From positions 17,112,001-17,176,000 of the forward strand of contig CATNEN010000038.1 in the NCBI GenBank assembly GCA_950097015.1: a stretch of DNA of 64,000 nt, in the 5' to 3' direction. Positions 24,442 to 38,772 of this stretch are shown one piece after another. Positions within the stretch are counted from its first letter, which is position 1, and each line of letters opens with the position of its first letter. The translations under genes and the position numbers were made by a program. Under the pieces are notes generated by a model. That model saw nothing but the letters and a program-made list of their open reading frames with translations. It made no database searches and was not told the origin of the DNA. The DNA comes from Macrostomum hystrix (taxonomy: Eukaryota > Animalia > Platyhelminthes).

Positions 24442-25049
24442 TATACCCTCCCTTTCAGAGGGGTGCAGTTTGATCTAGAAAAATCTCTGCCGTGAAATAT
24501 ACCACACCGCGAGCAAAATCCTGCAGAAGGCACGTAGTGACACAAAATCTGTTGCATTATCACAGCATAAGTTCAATAATTAGGCAATATTTTTAATGAA
24601 CAGATGAACAAAGAAACCGCTAGCACACCGCTAACAAGCGCCAGGAAGGGTCTTCAAGAATACCCAAAACCCGTAGCGAAGAGTTTAAATGCGCAATTCG
24701 CGCATAGGCTGAACAACCGCCAACCGACCTACGGATGGTCCGAAGGAACACAATATAAAAAAACAAGACTAAGAAGAGAGAAGAAAATCTAAATTAGCTG
24801 CTCGAAACTACATAATAAACATTGTAAGTTAACTATTCTGAAATTGCGCCGCTAGCAAACTCAGTCTAGATTAAAGAAAAGCACTTGACCTGGCGACATT
24901 GCGAGTACGTGCGCGTTTGTGTCGCCTTTTTAATAAGAGGAGCTTGGCCAGGCATTTCAATAACTAGCTACATGCCTACATTATAGTTAATTATCAACAT
25001 GCTAAACAAACACTTCGCAATTTAACTAACAAGGCAAGAAAATGCTTAC

Positions 25050-25133
25050 CTGCTGGGTAGGAGTCGTAGGCCCCCGGATTGTTCGGCGAAGCAAATGACG
25101 AAGAATCGCCACCGCGAGGATGCGGGCTGCACC

Positions 25134-25180
<47 letters not shown>

Positions 25181-28100
25181 GCATTTCGATACGACGGCCC
25201 AGAATAAGCGGAACCAGGGCCTGACGGTGCAAAGGATCCGTAGCTTCCGCAGCTCCCGTTGCTGCCACCGGAAACAACTCCGGAAGTGCAATCGGGCGGA
25301 GCAGCCTGCGGCGGTGGCCCGCTGTCGTGCCCGCTTGAATAGCCGGACGAGTCGCTCCAAACTGATGCGTCAAGATGCGACCGACCTGGAGTTAGCTGGC
25401 GCTGCTGCTGCAGCTGCTGTTGCTGCTGTGGTCGCGGCTGCTGCTGCTGCTGGTGCTGCTGCTGCTGAAACTGATTAATGTGCACACCAGATGACTCTTT
25501 GTCTTGCAGACAGCGAATATCTTCAAGAACTTCGTCCAGAAGGTCTTTGTTGCCAATGCTGCCAGAACAACAACCCGGATCTGGCGTTGAAGTCTGTCGC
25601 AATGGAAGAGGCTGCTGCTGCTGTTGCGCCCCGGTGACGCTGCTAATTAAATCTGGCACATCCGGCGAGCGTTTCATTGACAGACTGCCGCTTGAGACGC
25701 TTTTCGGCTGCGGTGGCTGTGACTGCGGCTGCTGCTGCAGGAAGTCCATCAGGCTGGAGTCCTGCTCCAAGTTACTAATTATGCCATCAATCTGCGAGTC
25801 CAGCTTCGGCTCGGCGTCGCCTTCGGTTGCAGACGCGGCTGCAGCCGCCGCAGCTGCAACAGCGGCAGCCTCGTCGCCATCCAGCATCCCGGCATCATCA
25901 TCGTCATCGTCGTCGTCATCCTCGCAGTCGTCCAGATTCTGAGGAATATCTGCTTCTTCAACGAAGTCGTTTAGTACAGTCCGACCATTGCTGGCGAAGC
26001 CAGTAACAGCAGCGGCTGATTCATCTTGACCATCTGGCGGTCGCCGCAGACGCAGCCTCAGTCGCCGACTGTTGTCATCCTCATCCAGCATGGCCAAACC
26101 CAGACCGCCACCAAGGCCGTTAGTCAACTGCTGCACCCGCTGTTGCATGTGATGAAGTGGATGCTGCGAGATTGGCCCATCCAGAGACATCGACGATGGA
26201 TGCGGCGGCTGCAACGGCTGCAAATGCTGGTGCTGAAGCTGATGCTGGCTAAACGGTGCTGACGAAGCGGCCACCGGAGCCAAACCTAATCTGGAACCGC
26301 CTGCAGTAGCTGCTGCTGCGACGGCGGCAGAGGTCGCACCCGTGGCGCCACGCCCTCGTCGACGCCGGCTGCCATTGAGCATCGGCGGTTGCTGCTGGCC
26401 GGGATGCAATTTGGCGTGGTGCTTCATGAGGCAGACCTTCTGCCTGCACCTGTAGGAGCACAGGCCGCAGGCTAGGGGTTTTTCACCCGTGTGCTTGTAC
26501 TGATGCGTGTGGAGGGCGCCCTGACTTCGGAACGCTTTTTCACAGCCGGGCCACTGACAGTGAAAAGTTGGAGGCGGCTGCTGCTGCTGCTGAGGCTGCG
26601 GCAATTGTGGCGACATTTGCAGGAGGCCTTGGCCGCTGACGCTGGCGTCACTGCATCCAGGGCCGAGGCCGTAGGCGTCCAATGCGGCCGCACTATCAGC
26701 ATAGCCTACATGCGACTCCATGTGGCGCTTGAGATGCGTGCGCTTGTGAAACACGTTGCCGCAGTCTGGCACCGGACAGTCGTATTTGCGCGGCTGCAGC
26801 TTATGAAATTCGTCCTTGTGATTCTTTAAATATTTGGCAGTGCGAAACGCCCGCTCACAGTTGGGCATGTCGCAGATGTAGGGCTTATTGGGATTGTGAG
26901 TGTCAAGGTGTTGCCGCATGCGCAGCTTGGTGTTGAAACGTTTGCCGCAGTGTTCGCAACGGTGGTTGCCCTCGGAGCGGGTGTACTCGCGCACGTGATG
27001 AGCGGAACCTGCCTGTTGCTGCTGCTGCTGTTGCTGCAGATGATAGACGCCCGCGCTTCCGCCAGCGTTATGCAATGAGGTCACGTGACGCTCAAGGTTG
27101 GATTTAAAAGGGCTGGCGAAATCGCAGTGGGGACAACGGTGCATCACTGGGCCAGGTTGCATCTGCTGCTGCTGCTGCATCAGGTGCTGCTGATGCTGCC
27201 GTTGTCTTGGCGTTTCAATGCCGTGAGCTGTTTTCGCGTGAGTTCGCAATGAACTTTTGTTAGCGTAGGATTTGCCGCATTCCTGACAGAGGAATTTCAT
27301 TGGCGGCGTCGCCTGCTGTTGCTGCTGCTGCTGTTGTTGAAGGTGATGATGTTGCGCGAGAGGTTGTTGGCCATGATGCTGGTGCTGCAGCTGCATCTGA
27401 TGAGGCTGGGATACTGGGGGCTGATGAGGATAGCTAAACATTTGGTTCTGCTGGATAGCATGCTGCTGCATTTGACCAAAAGTCACATTTGGTGGAGGAG
27501 TCGGCCGATAACCAGCTGGCGGGTGATGCTGGTGCTGCTGATGAATCGGCACACCGGGAGGCAAATGGCCAAGATCCTGATGCTGTTGATGCAGCAGAAG
27601 CTGATGGTGCTGCTCAACTGATGCAGCAGCCAAAAGCATCTGCCTGCGCTGAAAATACCTAGACGGATGATGCGGCTGGTACTCGTCGACATTGATGCTG
27701 TCCGTGTCCGCCAGGATGGCGTCCAGCCCGCGCATCCCGTCGTCATCTTCGTCTTCTTCGTCGGCCTCTTCTTCTTCTTCTTCTTCATCGTCCTCGTCTT
27801 CAGCATCTTCGGCATCCATTTCTGCCTCCTCCGGCTCGGCAGTATCGACTTCATCGTCGGCCTGAAATTGGCCAGCTTCTTCTTCGTCATCATCGTCACC
27901 ATCATCTTCTGCTTCATCGTCCTCTTCCTCAGCATTGGTGACGTCAGTCTCCGGTTTCGGAAAATCAGCAATAGTGTCGACTATTTTAAACTTTTCCTCG
28001 CCTAAATTGCCGCCATCATTAAGCCGGAGTTCCTCGCCATTATCGTAGTCTGTCAGCAGCTTGTCCGACGCCTGTTCGTTCAAAGCGACCTCGACAGTCG

Positions 28101-28719
28101 CCGACAGAATCAGCGCCGAGTCGGGCGCTGTCGCTTCAGACTTAACTGTTAAAACCTGGCTGTTGGGGTCAACACCAGGCAGAGAGTCTGTCTCAACAGT
28201 TTTAGACTGAGCTTTGGCAGACAGTGGAGAGTCTGCAGCCAAACCGCATGCCTGCGATCGATCTTCGGACGTCGGCGAAGGTTTAAAAGCACGCAGCTGA
28301 TTGTCACTAACGTCAATAGAGACATTCGCTGACATGGGCAATACTGCTGCTGCTGGTTCAGCTGTGTCTTCTTCTGCTGCTCCGGGCTGCTGATTATCAT
28401 CTTCATCATCGTCAGGATCATCAATAGAGTCCAGCATAGCGATAGCTCCAATGTCGATAGACTTTGACATCAGGCGTTGATCGAGGAGCTGCTCAGCTGG
28501 CTGCTGGTTGTCGCAAATCTTAGGAAGAATTTCCGCGCAATCGTCAGCGAAAAAGTCTTCGTCGCTGTTATTAGAACTGGAGCTGGCTGTGCTAGAGCTA
28601 GCTGGAGATTCCGCTTGCGAATGCTGCTTCATGTCGTCGGCTAGGGGTCGCCCAAGGGCCTCCAAGGGCTGCTTGCTAGACATAGGCCAGTCTGAAAGGC
28701 CGTCAGTTGAAATTATCAT
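25050..28719 (-). CDS. C2H2 zinc-finger transcription factor, main exon (7 fingers, acidic N-terminal region, poly-Q)
   Basis: ORF 24994..28833 with seven C2H2 fingers (CQEC, CPHC, CEHC, CDMPNC, CPVPDC, CQWPGC, CGLC) and an HTGEKP linker. Acceptor CCACTAG|G at 28720 with ATG at 28719; donor CAG|GTAAGC after 25050. The last finger (KPLACGLCSYRCRQK) resembles the ZFP91/ZNF653/ZNF692 group; orthology is not established. Confidence 0.9.
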
Positions 28720-31700
28720 CCTAGTGGGACAAATTTTATATGCAATAGGAAAATTGTCAGTCCGTCCAGATTGCAGCATTTCAAAGCAGGTTTTTGTTAC
28801 AAAAAAATGTTTAATAAAGATAGTCAGCGTCAATCATTAAGCCTTTGATTTGACGCCTTTGACGACGTGTGATTTAGCGCCTTTTTTACAATTAAAGCAA
28901 ACAAGCCTATTTGTGGACAAACTCTGCTGAGTAGAAACCACATAACCAGAGAACAAAATATTTACCACATTTCTTTTCCTGTCTCTTTAATTGCTTGTCT
29001 TTGCTTCAAAGAAAAATATACTCGACTTGATGGTAAGCAAGTCTTCCCATCTTGAGTACACAAATTTAATGTTTTTTTACAAAAAAACGAATGATTAGAA
29101 TATCACAACGTGTAAGTAAAAAATGCAGATAATATAGACAATGACAATAGCATAGCATTGCCATGGGATTGAATAACGAAATATTTAAACGAATATAATG
29201 TAATAGACCATGTAAGAGTCCATTTCAAACATGTAAGGTACAATTGCCAAAATTTATTTGTTACAACTCATTGTAACATAAACAAATTCAAACATTGATC
29301 ATTTACCTCTTTTTTCATTTTGAAATGTTAGTTTTTATTCTAATGATTTCATACATGTACCTGTATGATATGTAAGATTAAAAAATTGTAATATAAGTTT
29401 CAAACAAAGTAAAAAATAATTTACTTACAATACTTATATTTTGGATAAAATTTATAATTAATATACTTTCAAAGCTTAATCAGTACATTACCTAATAGGG
29501 CCAAACAACAATGTAGTACTAGCCATAACAATCAAAATTATGAATGGAAAACTAAATTAAGTTTAATCAACAATTCAATTAAATTAAGTATTTTGATACT
29601 CTTGATTTAGTAATTCTTAGACAAGAAACAATTTGATAACTAGGTTTTTTCTTAGGCAACTAATGTATAGTTAGCTACCCTTGACAAGAAAAACAAAAAA
29701 CCATGGCATAGAAACCTGTTTCAGACATTTGAAAAAATTGAAGAATGGCACATGGCAACAATTTTAATTACACTACAGCTATTATAAAACGATTGATACA
29801 TTTTGTAGCCTAATATTGTTATAATTAAATACTGTGGACAGCCTTACTCATAGATTTGGTCAACAAAATTTGACCTATAGCTATCTGAAATATAATAATA
29901 TTAATATTAATATTAATACTAATATACATACTAATATTTGTTTGTTAAGTATGTATCCATTATACATTACATACATTTGTATATAACATACATTATCAGT
30001 CTTTTTCCTTCTGACTACACCATATATAATCCATATTTTATTATCTGGACTTAAGCAACTGACATTTAGTGTTGTTATTAGCTACTGAATTCCTTTTTGT
30101 ATGTGTAGCTAGTTATATATAGACCAAATACCAATAAAGAAGAATTTGCAAAGATAGATAATAACCTAGTTCTAATAGCCGCACTAAATAAATCTAATTA
30201 AGTTAATCTAATCTAAATAAAGCTATCATAAACATAGCCATTACAAATCCCTTCCTTATATTTGTATGCATTTCCAACAAGCTAGACAACAATTATACTC
30301 TATGCTATAGCTAGCTAGCAATAGCATTGTACTCTGGCAATCTACATAGTTTTTAGACACATTTGTCTTTATGGCAAATGCTAGAAATTTTGGAATCAAA
30401 CTAACAGGCAAAATTTGTGATACCAATATTTAAATAAAATTGGCCATAAAATAGCTTGACATTACTTAATAATATGTCATAATATGTATATAGTAATATG
30501 TATGTAAATAATAAAATATGAGACAGGCTAATATTCTACAGTATGTTATAATTTTTTCCTTTTTTACTAGACCCAATATAGCATGTTATAAAATATTTAA
30601 TCTGTGCGATTTGTTAACTGCCTTGAGATGACTGAGTATTTGTTAATATGCACTCTAATTTCTTATACATAAGAATACACACTAATAAGACTCTGAATTG
30701 ACTGACTTGCCTAGCCAGTCCTCTTCTCAGTCTCATTTCAACCATTTTGGTAATAATCAATAATGAAATTGTTACTAAGAGAGCAATTGAAAAAATATAG
30801 AGAAAGTTATATAACTTTGTTATGTTTTACTTATTTACATGCAAAAAAGTTAACACAACTCTTTCTAGGCATTAATAATATATACATTCCTCAGACAGTG
30901 AGAGAAGTATTAAATAACAAGTGATTTGAATAAAATGGTGATTTGATTAGGCAACACTAGTCTGTTGGTATCCTAAGAAGGACTGGAAGTCTAAAGCCAG
31001 TGTATAATAATTAAAGGTTTCTGTCACAAATTTGCCACCTAATTGATAACAATTATAATAACATTTCATAACTTAATTCTGAATGGAAAACAAAGAAATA
31101 TGCTTATTTAGTGCATCACCAAGGCTGCCACTGACCAAGACTACCTCTGACTGGTTCCAATCATGAGAGATCATTAAATTTCTTTCCTTCTTTCTAATCT
31201 AGAAATTGGCCATTATTGCGATACAGGGGTAGGTATTTATTGATATCCCGGAGATGTAATAACTAAGGTGTACCCACAGACTATTTTTTACATAAATGTA
31301 GGCATCATTTAAAAAGAAGTAAATATGATGTTTTCATAAATTGAAAAAATAATGTGCTTATCATAGACATACTTTATATATGTCATAAGCTCATGCATTA
31401 GTTAAGGCATAACAAAAAATAAAGATTTTTTTAACCAAATAAACAAAAGTGAAATAGCTCTATACTTATACACTGTACAGTTAATAATTATAATAGTAAG
31501 TACCTATAGGCCAAAGCTTAGCATTTGTAATTGAAATAAAGCAATTAATATTTAACACTTTGCATTCACTTCATAACCGGCTCTCAGTTAAAATGACATA
31601 AATTGATAAAAAGTACAAAACAACATATAAAGCTAAGTAAAGTTTTGTATTTAAACTCACATCCAACATTAAGATAAATATCTAAACTGACTAAAAAGTT

Positions 31701-34139
31701 ATAAAAAAACATTGAACAGTTCGTATAAAAAACAAGCATAAAGTGTCCCTGATAAGTGAGGATGATGTTGCTGAGCTGAGGCAGTGAGTTATGTTATGAT
31801 ATTTTTAACAGACAAGCAAAAACGAATATTGAGAATTCGCTTGGACAGAAATACTTCAGTTTTACTATTTTTTTACAGCCGATAGATGGTTTCCTAACTG
31901 CTAATTAATTCTCCTAAAACGAAATAGACACAACCTGTCGTGAACAATCGATTGTGATTAAGTTCGAAATAAAAGGGCGAAAATCTAATAATTAAAATAT
32001 TTATCGCTATGCCACAATAACTAATAAAAAACTAAAATAAATAATGTTTGAACTTATAAAATTAATGTTTCTTTGTAGATTAAAAGTTTCTTAACGTAAA
32101 TTTTAACTAAAAAACACTTAGGCTTTTGTTTTACTGAACATTCGTTACTAATTGCTTAACAGACCTTTTATGATTTATTGCCACTTTACCGGCATTTTCA
32201 GGGGTGATATCACCCCTATGCTATATATATTTATAGCTATATATATATAGCATAATTCAAATGTATCGCGATGGATTTGTGAACTTTATCTAAAAATGTG
32301 CGTAAACGTACATTGTAAGGTCGATGTTACTTTTACCAAGGGCTATTACTAGCTACTAGACTTAAGTCCTTGCATGTTCTCTTTAAGGAAGTTTTCCTGG
32401 TGGCCCTTGAAGCATACACATGCATGCATTCGCACATGTGTTCGTGTACTTAAAATCTGCTTTGTAACTTAGGTGATCATGTGCTGAACAAAAATATGGA
32501 GCTAAGTATTTTCTAATTAAAAATCCTCCTTCTAGTTTACATTTTCGGGTCCATGTACCAATCGATCCAATTATTCTTCAGTTTGCTTGTAATAGGCAGC
32601 TGTGCTATTCCTCCCGATGCTACATATTCGTGTTCATCAGCTTCCATGCGTAAATTAAAATAATGTGAATTTACGAGCTATCAACCAATATACCACTGCC
32701 ATTGACGCTCGATTAATTTTTATAAAAAGTTCATCTCATCCATATTTGCCACGGTGACTTTCACTGCAAATTAAATCTATTCATGCAAAGACTTCTAAAG
32801 TAACGTGTATGCTTTATACGTTACTAATGGACAGCCATATGAATGGCATGCATATATAACACGTCGATGATATGACGGAAATTTGAAAGTTAATATATTT
32901 AATTCATTGTCGCTAGTTTTATCGATCTTTTTCTGCAAACAACTTAACCGCCATTGTTTTTTCTAAAGTATCAAAAAAGAGTTTAAATGTATCCTATTGT
33001 TGGATAAATTTCAAGGGCGAGCAAATGGGTGGATAAATTTATTTCACTTAATGATAGATGCTTGAATTTATGTTCGACAATAGACGAAAGCTTATATTGA
33101 AAAAAGGTTAAGCGACAACCCAAGCACATTCTGACAAAAGGAATTTAATAATCGCTTAGTAACTATATATATATAGTACATCATAAATGTACTAATGCTG
33201 ATTTTATTTAACCATCGCAATAACATACAAGTTGTCCGTCAGAGAGATAGGATATTTAGCCAATGCAATGGTATTGGACACCGAAAGATCCAACCAATGA
33301 AGATTCCTTTCACAATACTAAGCCGACGCCAATCCGCATACAACTATAGAGAGACTTGTCTCGCAGTTTCTCATCTCATAAAATAAGTAAAGTGAATAAT
33401 GAAACACTTTTAAAGTTAGCGCATCAGTAGCCACCCACTGCAGGCATGCAGAAATAGGGCATGTCATTTTAGTAAAGAAGACATTGCGACGTAACAAAAA
33501 AATTAACAAACTTTTAAATGGACAGCTCAGACGCAGAACATGGTTGCAATTGCACTGACGGACGCGGCGATGAGATTAACTGGGTGAGTACAAGAATTCC
33601 TCCCACTTACTTTTTTGAGTTTGCCTTCCATGTCTGGATTAAAAAGAACTCGATTTTAAATACCTAAACGAGAAAACACTTCGCTTTGCTAATACCTGTT
33701 GCTGACTATTATGCTGACACTTTATTGTTATCGACAAGTTCAACTGACACTTGTTGCTGACAGTTCGACTGACACTTCTTACTGTCATTTCAACTGACAC
33801 CGTTTCATATTTAAAACACATATGCAAAGCGAACTATATACTACCTGTTTACTGAGCAAGTAGTTATCCTAAATCCTTCAATTTGAAAAATCCTAGTTAC
33901 TGCTCAATATTTCAAGAACTCGAAGGAAGAAAAAAGCAGCAAGCTAAAACCTAAAGTCGCATTAATGAAGGAAGCCATGCATGCGAAAATGGGACAGATG
34001 TTCATTGTGCAGGGAATAAATCAATGCCCAACTTGGGAATCTGTTATGTTTACCAATCAATATTCATGGCCCATCTGTGTTTCGTTTGGTCTTTGGATGC
34101 GCAACCTGCTTGTTTCTTGTGGCTATGGACTACGAGTAT

Positions 34140-34696
34140 ACTCAGAATCCCAGCACTCAGAATCCCAGCACTCAGAATCCCAGCACTCAGAATCCGAGCA
34201 CTCAGAATCCCAGCACTCAGAATCCCAGCACTCAGAATCCCAGCACTCAGAATCCCAGCACTCAGAATCCCAGCACTCAGAATCCCAGCACTCAGAATCC
34301 CAGCACTCAGAATCCCAGCACTCAGAATCCCAGCACTCAGAATCCCAGCACTCAGAATCCCAGCACTCAGAATCCCAGCACTCATAATCCCAGCACTCAG
34401 AATCCCAGCACTCAGAATCCCAGCACTCATAATCCCAGCACTCAGAATCCCAGCACTCAGAATCCCAGCACTCAGAATCCCAGCACTCAGAATCCCAGCA
34501 CTCATAATCCCAGCACTCAGAATCCCAGCACTCAGAATCCCAGCACTCAGAATCCCAGCACTCAGAATCCCAGCACTCAGAATCCCAGCACTCAGAATCC
34601 CAGCACTCAGAATCCCAGCACTCAGAATCCCAGCACTCAGAATCCCAGCACTCATAATCCCAGCACTCAGAATCCCAGCACTCAGAATCCCAGCAC
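34140..34696. repeat. 15-bp minisatellite (CTCAGAATCCCAGCA)n
   Basis: Near-perfect tandem array. Confidence 0.97.
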
Positions 34697-34732
34697 TATT
34701 CCGATATTAAATAATATCGGAATAATTGCAAG

Positions 34733-35057
34733 AGGACTGTGGGCAATGGCACATTGTTTGGTGACACTAGACCCGCAGCCAGCGAGGAGGCAATTCTGCC
34801 CATTTCGCTGACTCCTGAGCACACACGCACACAGATACCGTACGGGGGTACACGCTCACACAGGTTTCTCATCGTCAGGCAGTGTACACTCTCACTGTGC
34901 TTTGAAGGTTGGCCCTCAAGGGCGTAAATTGCACGACAAGCCTACAAGCTTTCTCTCCGCGGCTGCGACCCAAATGAAAGTGGCCTCGCCGCGGAATCGA
35001 GCACAGGGACCTTGGTGCGAGAGGCAAACGAGTTAACTGCTTTACCACCGACCCCCC
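34733..35057 (-). mobile_element. tRNA-derived SINE, copy A
   Basis: Minus-strand head GGGGTCGGTGGTAAAGCAGTTAAC...CTCGATTCCGCGGCGAGGCCA (Pol III A/B-box-like); body shared with four other copies in the window. Confidence 0.8.
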
Positions 35058-35531
35058 AATAAACAGTGAATCAACGTGAATCTTCATATAATAAGCGAAT
35101 ATTTGTGAATACAATTAAAATCCAAATCCTAAAAGTACGTTCTAAAATAATTCTAAAAAGAATGACGTTAGAAACGCCAGCCTACAGTTCTATGCACTGC
35201 GTCTATATCTATACTGATTATTCTGATTTCATCTGTGGGAAATAGAATCAGATATAAAGTGGAATTAATCAGTAAAAGCGCTTTTTCTGGTCAGTAAATA
35301 GCGGCTCTGAGTATAAATTTACTGGCCCTAAACTTACCGTCTTAGGGAATTTCCAACTCTCGCAAGCGTCAAGCTTAATAATTGAATTTATCCCAATCAC
35401 GCAGGCTTATAGTCTGACACTTAAGATCCCAATTCCATTTAAGCATTCCAGGCTGAGGTTTTAGAAATCCGATGGAATTTCGTGTAATTTGAGTGCGTTT
35501 TTAGTCACACCAATATTATTAACTTCTTCTT

Positions 35532-37770
35532 CTAGATGCATTGCTAGATGGATTGCTAGATGGATTGCTAGATGGATTGCTAGATGCACAGCTAGATGGA
35601 TTGCTAGATGCACAGCTAGATGCACAGCTAGATGGATTGCTAGATACACTGCTAGATGGATTGCTAGATGCACAGCTAGATGGATTGCTAGATGCACAGC
35701 TAGATGGATTGCTAGATGGACAGCTAGATGAAATGCTAGATGCAAAGCTAGATGCATTGCTAGATGGATTGCTAGATGCAAAGCTAGATGCATTGCTAGA
35801 TGGATTGCTAGATGCACAGCTAGATGGATTGCTAGATGCACAGCTAGATGGATTGCTAGATGGATTGCTAGATGGATTGCTAGATACACTGCTAGATGGA
35901 TTGCTAGATGGATTGCTAGATGCACAGCTAGATGGATTGCTAGATGGACAGCTAGATGAAATGCTAGATGCAAAGCTAGATGCATTGCTAGATGGATTGC
36001 TAGATGCACAGCTAGATGCATCGCTAGATGGATTGCTAGATGCACAGCTAGATGGATTGCTAGATGCACAGCTAGATGGATTGCTAGATGGATTGCTAGA
36101 TGGATTGCTAGATACACTGCTAGATGGATTGCTAGATGCAAAGCTAGATGCATTGCAAAGATGCAAAGCTAGATGCACAGCTAGATGGATTGCTAGATGG
36201 ATTGCTAGATGGATTGCTAGATGGATTGCTAGATGGATTGCTAGATGCACAGCTAGATGGATTGCTAGATGCACAGCTAGATGGATTACTAGATGCACAG
36301 CTAGATGGATTGCTAGATGCACAGCTAGATGGATTGCTAGATGCACAGCTAGATGGATTACTAGATGCACAGCTAGATGGATTGCTAGATACACTGCTAG
36401 ATGGATTGCTAGATACACTGCTAGATGGATTGCTAGATACACTGCTAGATGCACAGCTAGATGGATTGCTAGATGGATTGCTAGATGCACAGCTAGATGG
36501 ATTGCTAGATGGACAGCTAGATGAAATGCTAGATGCAAAGCTAGATGCATTGCTAGATGGATTGCTAGATGCACAGCTAGATGCATTGCTAGATGGATTG
36601 CTAGATGCACAGCTAGATGGATTGCTAGATGCACAGCTAGATGGATTGCTAGATGCACAGCTAGATGGATTGCTAGATGGACAGCTAGATGAAATGCTAG
36701 ATGCAAAGCTAGATGCATCGCTAGATGGATTGCTAGATGCACAGCTAGATGGATTGCTAGATGCACAGCTAGATGGATTGCTAGATGGATTGCTAGATGG
36801 ATTGCTAGATACACTGCTAGATGGATTGCTAGATGCAAAGCTAGATGCATTGCAAAGATGCAAAGCTAGATGCATTGCTAGATGGATCGCTAGATGCACA
36901 GCTAGATGGATTGCTAGATGGATTGCTAGATGGATTGCTAGATGGATTGCTAGATGGATTGCTAGATGCACAGCTAGATGGATTGCTAGATGGATTGCTA
37001 GATGGATTGCTAGATGCACAGCTAGATGGATTGCTAGATGCACAGCTAGATGGATTACTAGATGCACAGCTAGATGGATTGCTAGATGCACAGCTAGATG
37101 GATTGCTAGATGCACAGCTAGATGGATTACTAGATGCACAGCTAGATGGATTGCTAGATACACTGCTAGATGGATTGCTAGATACACTGCTAGATGGATT
37201 GCTAGATACACTGCTAGATGCACAGCTAGATGGATTGCTAGATGGATTGCTAGATGCACAGCTAGATGGATTGCTAGATGGATCGCTAGATGCACAGCTA
37301 GATGGATTGCTAGATGGATTGCTAGATGGATTGCTAGATGGATTGCTAGATGGATTGCTAGATGCACAGCTAGATGGATTGCTAGATGGATTGCTAGATG
37401 GATTGCTAGATGCACAGCTAGATGGATTGCTAGATGCACAGCTAGATGGATTGCTAGATGCACAGCTAGATGGATTACTAGATGCACAGCTAGATGGATT
37501 GCTAGATGCACAGCTAGATGGATTGCTAGATGCACAGCTAGATGGATTGCTAGATGCACAGCTAGATGGATTGCTAGATACACTGCTAGATGGATTGCTA
37601 GATACACTGCTAGATGGATTGCTAGATACACTGCTAGATGCACAGCTAGATGGATTGCTAGATGGATTGCTAGATGCACAGCTAGATGGATTGCTAGATG
37701 GATTGCTAGATGGATTGCTAGATGGATTGCTAGATGAATTGCTAGATGCACAGCTAGAAGAGTAGCTAGA
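35532..37770. repeat. 12-bp variant-unit satellite (GCTAGATG + GATT/CACA/CATT/CAAA...) with higher-order blocks
   Basis: Constant GCTAGAT core with a small set of variable tails; long variant strings recur. Confidence 0.95.
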
Positions 37771-38772
37771 TCACATCTTGGCATGCCATTTTAATTCTTG
37801 CTTTGAATGCTTGCAAGTTGCTTATCGAACCAGTCCGTCAAGTTGAATAATCGAAAACTGCTTACTGAGAGACAGAAAAATTAATCCACACAATTTTGAG
37901 TAGGATATTTATAACCTGGCTTGAGTCATGGAAATACTAGAAAGTTTCACATTTAAACACACTGCAGAATGGTGCAGTATATCTAGGTATTCACTATTTA
38001 TAAGGCTTCACTTTCAACCGTATGAAGATAATGTGGCCCAGTTACTGAGGGGAAAGAGAAGGGCAGGCGCCTAATCTTAGTCCCAGCTATAAAAATCCCA
38101 TCGTTTTGTTGACAGGCGACGCGGACATCCATCTATTGCGCTATAATATTATATATATGAAAGTGAGTGAGAGAAAAAAAGAGGAAATTAGAATGAGGAG
38201 TAAGAGCTGTTTGCCTCAGTTTCTCCTTGGCTCATTTGCTTCGGTCCTGCAGTCTCACTTTTTTCTTCATCACTTTCCACTGCATGCTAGAAATATTTTT
38301 AGCCGATTCTCAGCCCATTCCATGTTTCTTCAATACAATCGCCAGCGGCTTGCTCCGACGACTCCTCTCCCTCTGCCTGCTCCTCTCCCTGTCTCTATAG
38401 GTGTGTCCGTGAGCTTGCCTGTCTTGTGTGGCAAAATAAAGACTAGTTTAAGACGACGATGAGAACTATCCTGTACATGCAACTTCAGAGACATTGCTGA
38501 GATAGAAAGAGAGAGAGAGAGAGAGAGAGCTACTGAACCAGAATTACCTGACTAGCTTATGGCGATGCAATTATTATTTAGTTTAGTTTAGAACTTTTCC
38601 TACAAGCCATTTTTCCTTAACCTACTTCTCACATTTCAGCCCTGTGTTTTGCTTTGCTTCACTAGATTCAATAGCATATAGTCCTAAAGTCATTTTGAGG
38701 CAAAGTCGATTGTTCTACAACTTTGTTCACTTAAATTAGTTCACATTAAAGAATCAGTTCAGTAAGACTTTT

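Noticed and set aside
28900-33200. AT-rich stretch considered as a decayed transposon
   Set aside because: No TIRs, TSD or recognisable protein motifs; compatible with first intron and upstream DNA.
35461-37784. Leu/His-rich and LDGL ORFs
   Set aside because: 12-bp satellite translations in multiple frames.
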